DNA of 26,232 bases. Origin: a virus (Duplodnaviria; Caudoviricetes). The notes beneath the pieces were generated by a model. It was not told the DNA's origin, did not search any database, and worked only from the letters and a program-made list of their open reading frames with translations. The stretch is from positions 1-26,232 of IMG/VR virus record IMGVR_UViG_3300042402_005809. One strand, given 5' to 3'. The translations under genes were made by a program, and so were the position numbers. Of this stretch, positions 23,436 to 26,232 are shown in pieces; position 1 is the first letter of the stretch, and every line of letters starts with the position of its first letter.

Positions 23436-25904
23436 ATGCCATTACAAAAACTTACATTCCGACCAGGCGTTAACAAAGAGAACACAAACTATACCAACGA
23501 AGGCGGCTGGTATTCGTGCGACAAAGTTCGCTTTCGCTCAGGGTTCCCTGAAAAAATTGGTGGCTGGATTCGTGCAACTCCAGGGTTGTTCTTCAAAGGC
23601 GTGTGCCGTGCTTTGATTAACTGGATTAACTTAGCTAGCGCAAACTTAATTGGATTAGGAACACACGTTAAGTATTACGTTGTGCGTGACGTCGGTGTTT
23701 ATAACGACATTACCCCATTAAATAAGCCGCCTCAGACTCTAGGCGCAAACCCTATTGCTACAACAGCGGGCTCTTCTATTCTTCTGATTACCGCTCCTGC
23801 ACACCAAGCACAGGGTGGTGATTATGTGTCCTTTAGCGGCGTAGCTGGCCCAACCATTGGCGGAATTGATGTCAGTGTAATTAATGACAGTAATGGTGGC
23901 GTAGGGTTTCAAATCCTAACCCCTATACCAAATGGTAATCAATTTCAGATTGATCTTGGCCCTTCTCATGTAGCGGGTTCTACTGCAACAGGAGGCGGAG
24001 CAGCTGTTATTGCGTCGTTTCAATTAAATACTGGATTACCTGCGTATACAACAGGTACTGGCTTTGGTGCAGGCGTTTGGAATGGTACTAATAAGACGAA
24101 TAGCGCTGTCCTAGTGCAAACCCCACCGGCAACAGGAATCATCTTCCTGAACTCCACCTCTACTACAGTTAACGTAGATTCAACTACAGGATTTTCTAGT
24201 TCTGGTTATATTCAGATCGAAAATGAAATTATTCAGTACTCAGGGATTACCCCTACCTCTTTTACAGGTTGCACCCGAGGGGCAACCTTGGCTGGATCCT
24301 CGGCTCCTGCAACAAACCATGCTGTCGAGCCCATTCCTAACTACACTCCGATTACGGTTTGGCAGGTAATTGGACTATTAGGCAGCACTGGTTGGGGCCA
24401 AGAGTCGGATATTAACTTTGGTGTTGGACAGCAGCTTCGCCTTTGGACCCACGACAACTTTGGTGAAGATCTATTACTAGCTCCTCGCGGCGGAAAGATC
24501 TATTACTGGGAAAATGATACCTCTACGTATCCAAGAGCTGTGACTTTAACCAGCCTAACCACTGCGGCTGGTTTTGATCCTACTGAAGTACCTGTGCAAA
24601 CAAACCAGATTTTGGTTTCTGACGTATCACGTTTTGTTATTTCTATGGGGTCTCAGTCTTATAACGACCCAACATCTAGCTTTAACCCTATGCTAGTTCG
24701 TTGGTCTGATCAAGAGAACCCTTTCCAGTGGACTCCTTTATCTACAAACCAGGCCGGGGAGCAACCCCTATCAAACGGCTCTTACATTATGTGCGCCAAG
24801 AAATCTCGCCAAGAGATTTTGATTTGGACTGATTCGGCTATTTACTCGATGCAATACCTAGGGCCTCCCTATGTTTGGGGGATTGGCTTACTAATGGACA
24901 ATATCTCCATCATTTCGCCAAATGCAGTTGCAACAGCCAACAACATGTCTTTTTGGATGGGCACAGATAAATTCTATGTTTATTCTGGACGGGTTGATAC
25001 GCTGCCTTGTACTTTACGGCAATACATTTTCCAAGACCTGGCATTTAGCCAACGCTTTCAGGTGGTTGCTGGAACAAACGAGGGGTATAGTGAGGTTTGG
25101 TGGTATTACGTATCCAACGAAGAAGTCCAACGTGCTGATAATGAGCAACGAGACCCAACGGTAGATAAGTATGTCATCTTTAACCATTTGGACCGCGTTT
25201 GGTATTACGGCACATTAAATCGTACCGCTTGGTTAGATAGCCCACTTCAGGATAGCCCACTAGCAGCAATAGGTAATACAGAAGAAGGAACCCTACTTTT
25301 CCATGAGCAGGGTGTAGATGATGAAGCTACTGCTAGCCCAAAACCCATTGAAGCCTTCATTGAGTCTTCAGACTTTGACATTAACGACGGGCATAACTTT
25401 GGTTTTATTTGGAGAATAATCCCAGATATTACGTTTGCGGGATCAAAAGCAGGAACAACTCCTCAGGTAAATATGTCGTTGTTGGGGCGTCGGAATTCTG
25501 GAACTAATTACCAGGGGCTAACTGCGCTGACAAATACGATTGACGCATCACAAGCCACAATACCTGTGATTGATACAAGTAACTTCCCTGCTTCTGGAAC
25601 TCTCCTGATTAACACTGAGAATATTACTTACACAGGGAAAACCCCCACAACGTTCACAGGATGTGTACGTGGAGCGTTAGCTACGACCCCCGAACCACAT
25701 ATCTTGAATACCGACGTTATCTTGTTTCAAACACAGTTAAACGTGACGAAGACAAGTACTTACCCAGTAGAGCAGTTTACTGGGCAGATTTATACACGCA
25801 TGCGCGCTCGTCAAATGGGGATCCGGGTGGATTCTACAAGACTAGGCACTACTTGGCAGCTTGGATCGCCACGCATTGACATCAAACCAGACGGGCGTAG
25901 ATAG
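23436..25904 (+). CDS. Putative tail tubular/nozzle (P22 gp10 / T7 gp12-like) protein
   Basis: 822 aa, MPLQKLTFRPGVNKENT…DKVRFRSGFPEKIGGW…VRWSDQE…EILIWTD…DIKPDGRR. Beta-propeller-like composition. Confidence 0.65.
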   Translation: MPLQKLTFRPGVNKENTNYTNEGGWYSCDKVRFRSGFPEKIGGWIRATPGLFFKGVCRALINWINLASANLIGLGTHVKYYVVRDVGVYNDITPLNKPPQTLGANPIATTAGSSILLITAPAHQAQGGDYVSFSGVAGPTIGGIDVSVINDSNGGVGFQILTPIPNGNQFQIDLGPSHVAGSTATGGGAAVIASFQLNTGLPAYTTGTGFGAGVWNGTNKTNSAVLVQTPPATGIIFLNSTSTTVNVDSTTGFSSSGYIQIENEIIQYSGITPTSFTGCTRGATLAGSSAPATNHAVEPIPNYTPITVWQVIGLLGSTGWGQESDINFGVGQQLRLWTHDNFGEDLLLAPRGGKIYYWENDTSTYPRAVTLTSLTTAAGFDPTEVPVQTNQILVSDVSRFVISMGSQSYNDPTSSFNPMLVRWSDQENPFQWTPLSTNQAGEQPLSNGSYIMCAKKSRQEILIWTDSAIYSMQYLGPPYVWGIGLLMDNISIISPNAVATANNMSFWMGTDKFYVYSGRVDTLPCTLRQYIFQDLAFSQRFQVVAGTNEGYSEVWWYYVSNEEVQRADNEQRDPTVDKYVIFNHLDRVWYYGTLNRTAWLDSPLQDSPLAAIGNTEEGTLLFHEQGVDDEATASPKPIEAFIESSDFDINDGHNFGFIWRIIPDITFAGSKAGTTPQVNMSLLGRRNSGTNYQGLTALTNTIDASQATIPVIDTSNFPASGTLLINTENITYTGKTPTTFTGCVRGALATTPEPHILNTDVILFQTQLNVTKTSTYPVEQFTGQIYTRMRARQMGIRVDSTRLGTTWQLGSPRIDIKPDGRR

Positions 25905-26232
25905 TGTCAAACATTCCATTACGCCCTTCCAAGGCGCCCAGTATTCCGCTGGCGCCTAATGACTATGATCGTGGGTATGTAGACCAGCTTACTAGTGCCC
26001 TACGTTTATACTTTAATCAAGTCGACAACGATTGGGCAGCGGTTCTTGAGGACACAGGCGGACGATATTTAGGATTTCCTCATATTGCAGCGTCTGATAG
26101 CACTGACCAATATGCTACAGGTACCAATACCCCGACCATTGTTCGGTGGAACACACTTGACTCTGGAGAGGGGTTTGTTCTTACCGCGCCTGGTACAGCT
26201 ACGGCAAACTATGTCGGTATCTACAAAATCAC
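25904..26232 (+). CDS. Putative structural protein, 3'-truncated (not in ORF track)
   Basis: GTG overlaps the TAG at 25902-25904. Frame is open to the window end: MSNIPLRPSKAPSIPLAPNDYDRGYVDQLTSALRLYFNQVDN…. Confidence 0.7.
   Translation, partial: MSNIPLRPSKAPSIPLAPNDYDRGYVDQLTSALRLYFNQVDNDWAAVLEDTGGRYLGFPHIAASDSTDQYATGTNTPTIVRWNTLDSGEGFVLTAPGTATANYVGIYKI

Noticed and set aside
1-26232. Stop-codon reassignment or tRNA genes
   Set aside because: TAA, TAG (953, 9635, 25904) and TGA (2956, 3449) all end genes at sensible boundaries. No cloverleaf is evident in the short intergenic gaps.

Overview
The window is the virion-morphogenesis (late) region of a tailed dsDNA phage, probably short-tailed (podovirus-like), since no sheath, tail-tube or tape-measure gene is recognisable here. 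Nearly all genes are on the + strand: portal (5'-truncated), GroES-like co-chaperonin, scaffold, major capsid, small Lys/Ala-rich proteins, head-tail adaptors, several fibre/receptor-binding proteins, a holin plus GH108 endolysin, and a tail tubular/nozzle protein. Three things stand out. (1) A heme oxygenase plus ferredoxin-dependent bilin reductase cassette (hemO-pcyX type) is translationally coupled to the end of a fibre/receptor-binding module. (2) An inverted GNAT acetyltransferase plus HNH nuclease cassette sits behind the capsid terminator. (3) A highly structured, possibly pseudoknotted or switching 5' leader RNA lies at about 5906-5990. Sigma70-like internal promoters are visible, one of which predicts a leaderless mRNA. 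All family assignments come from motif recognition and recalled gene order; no database searches were run.
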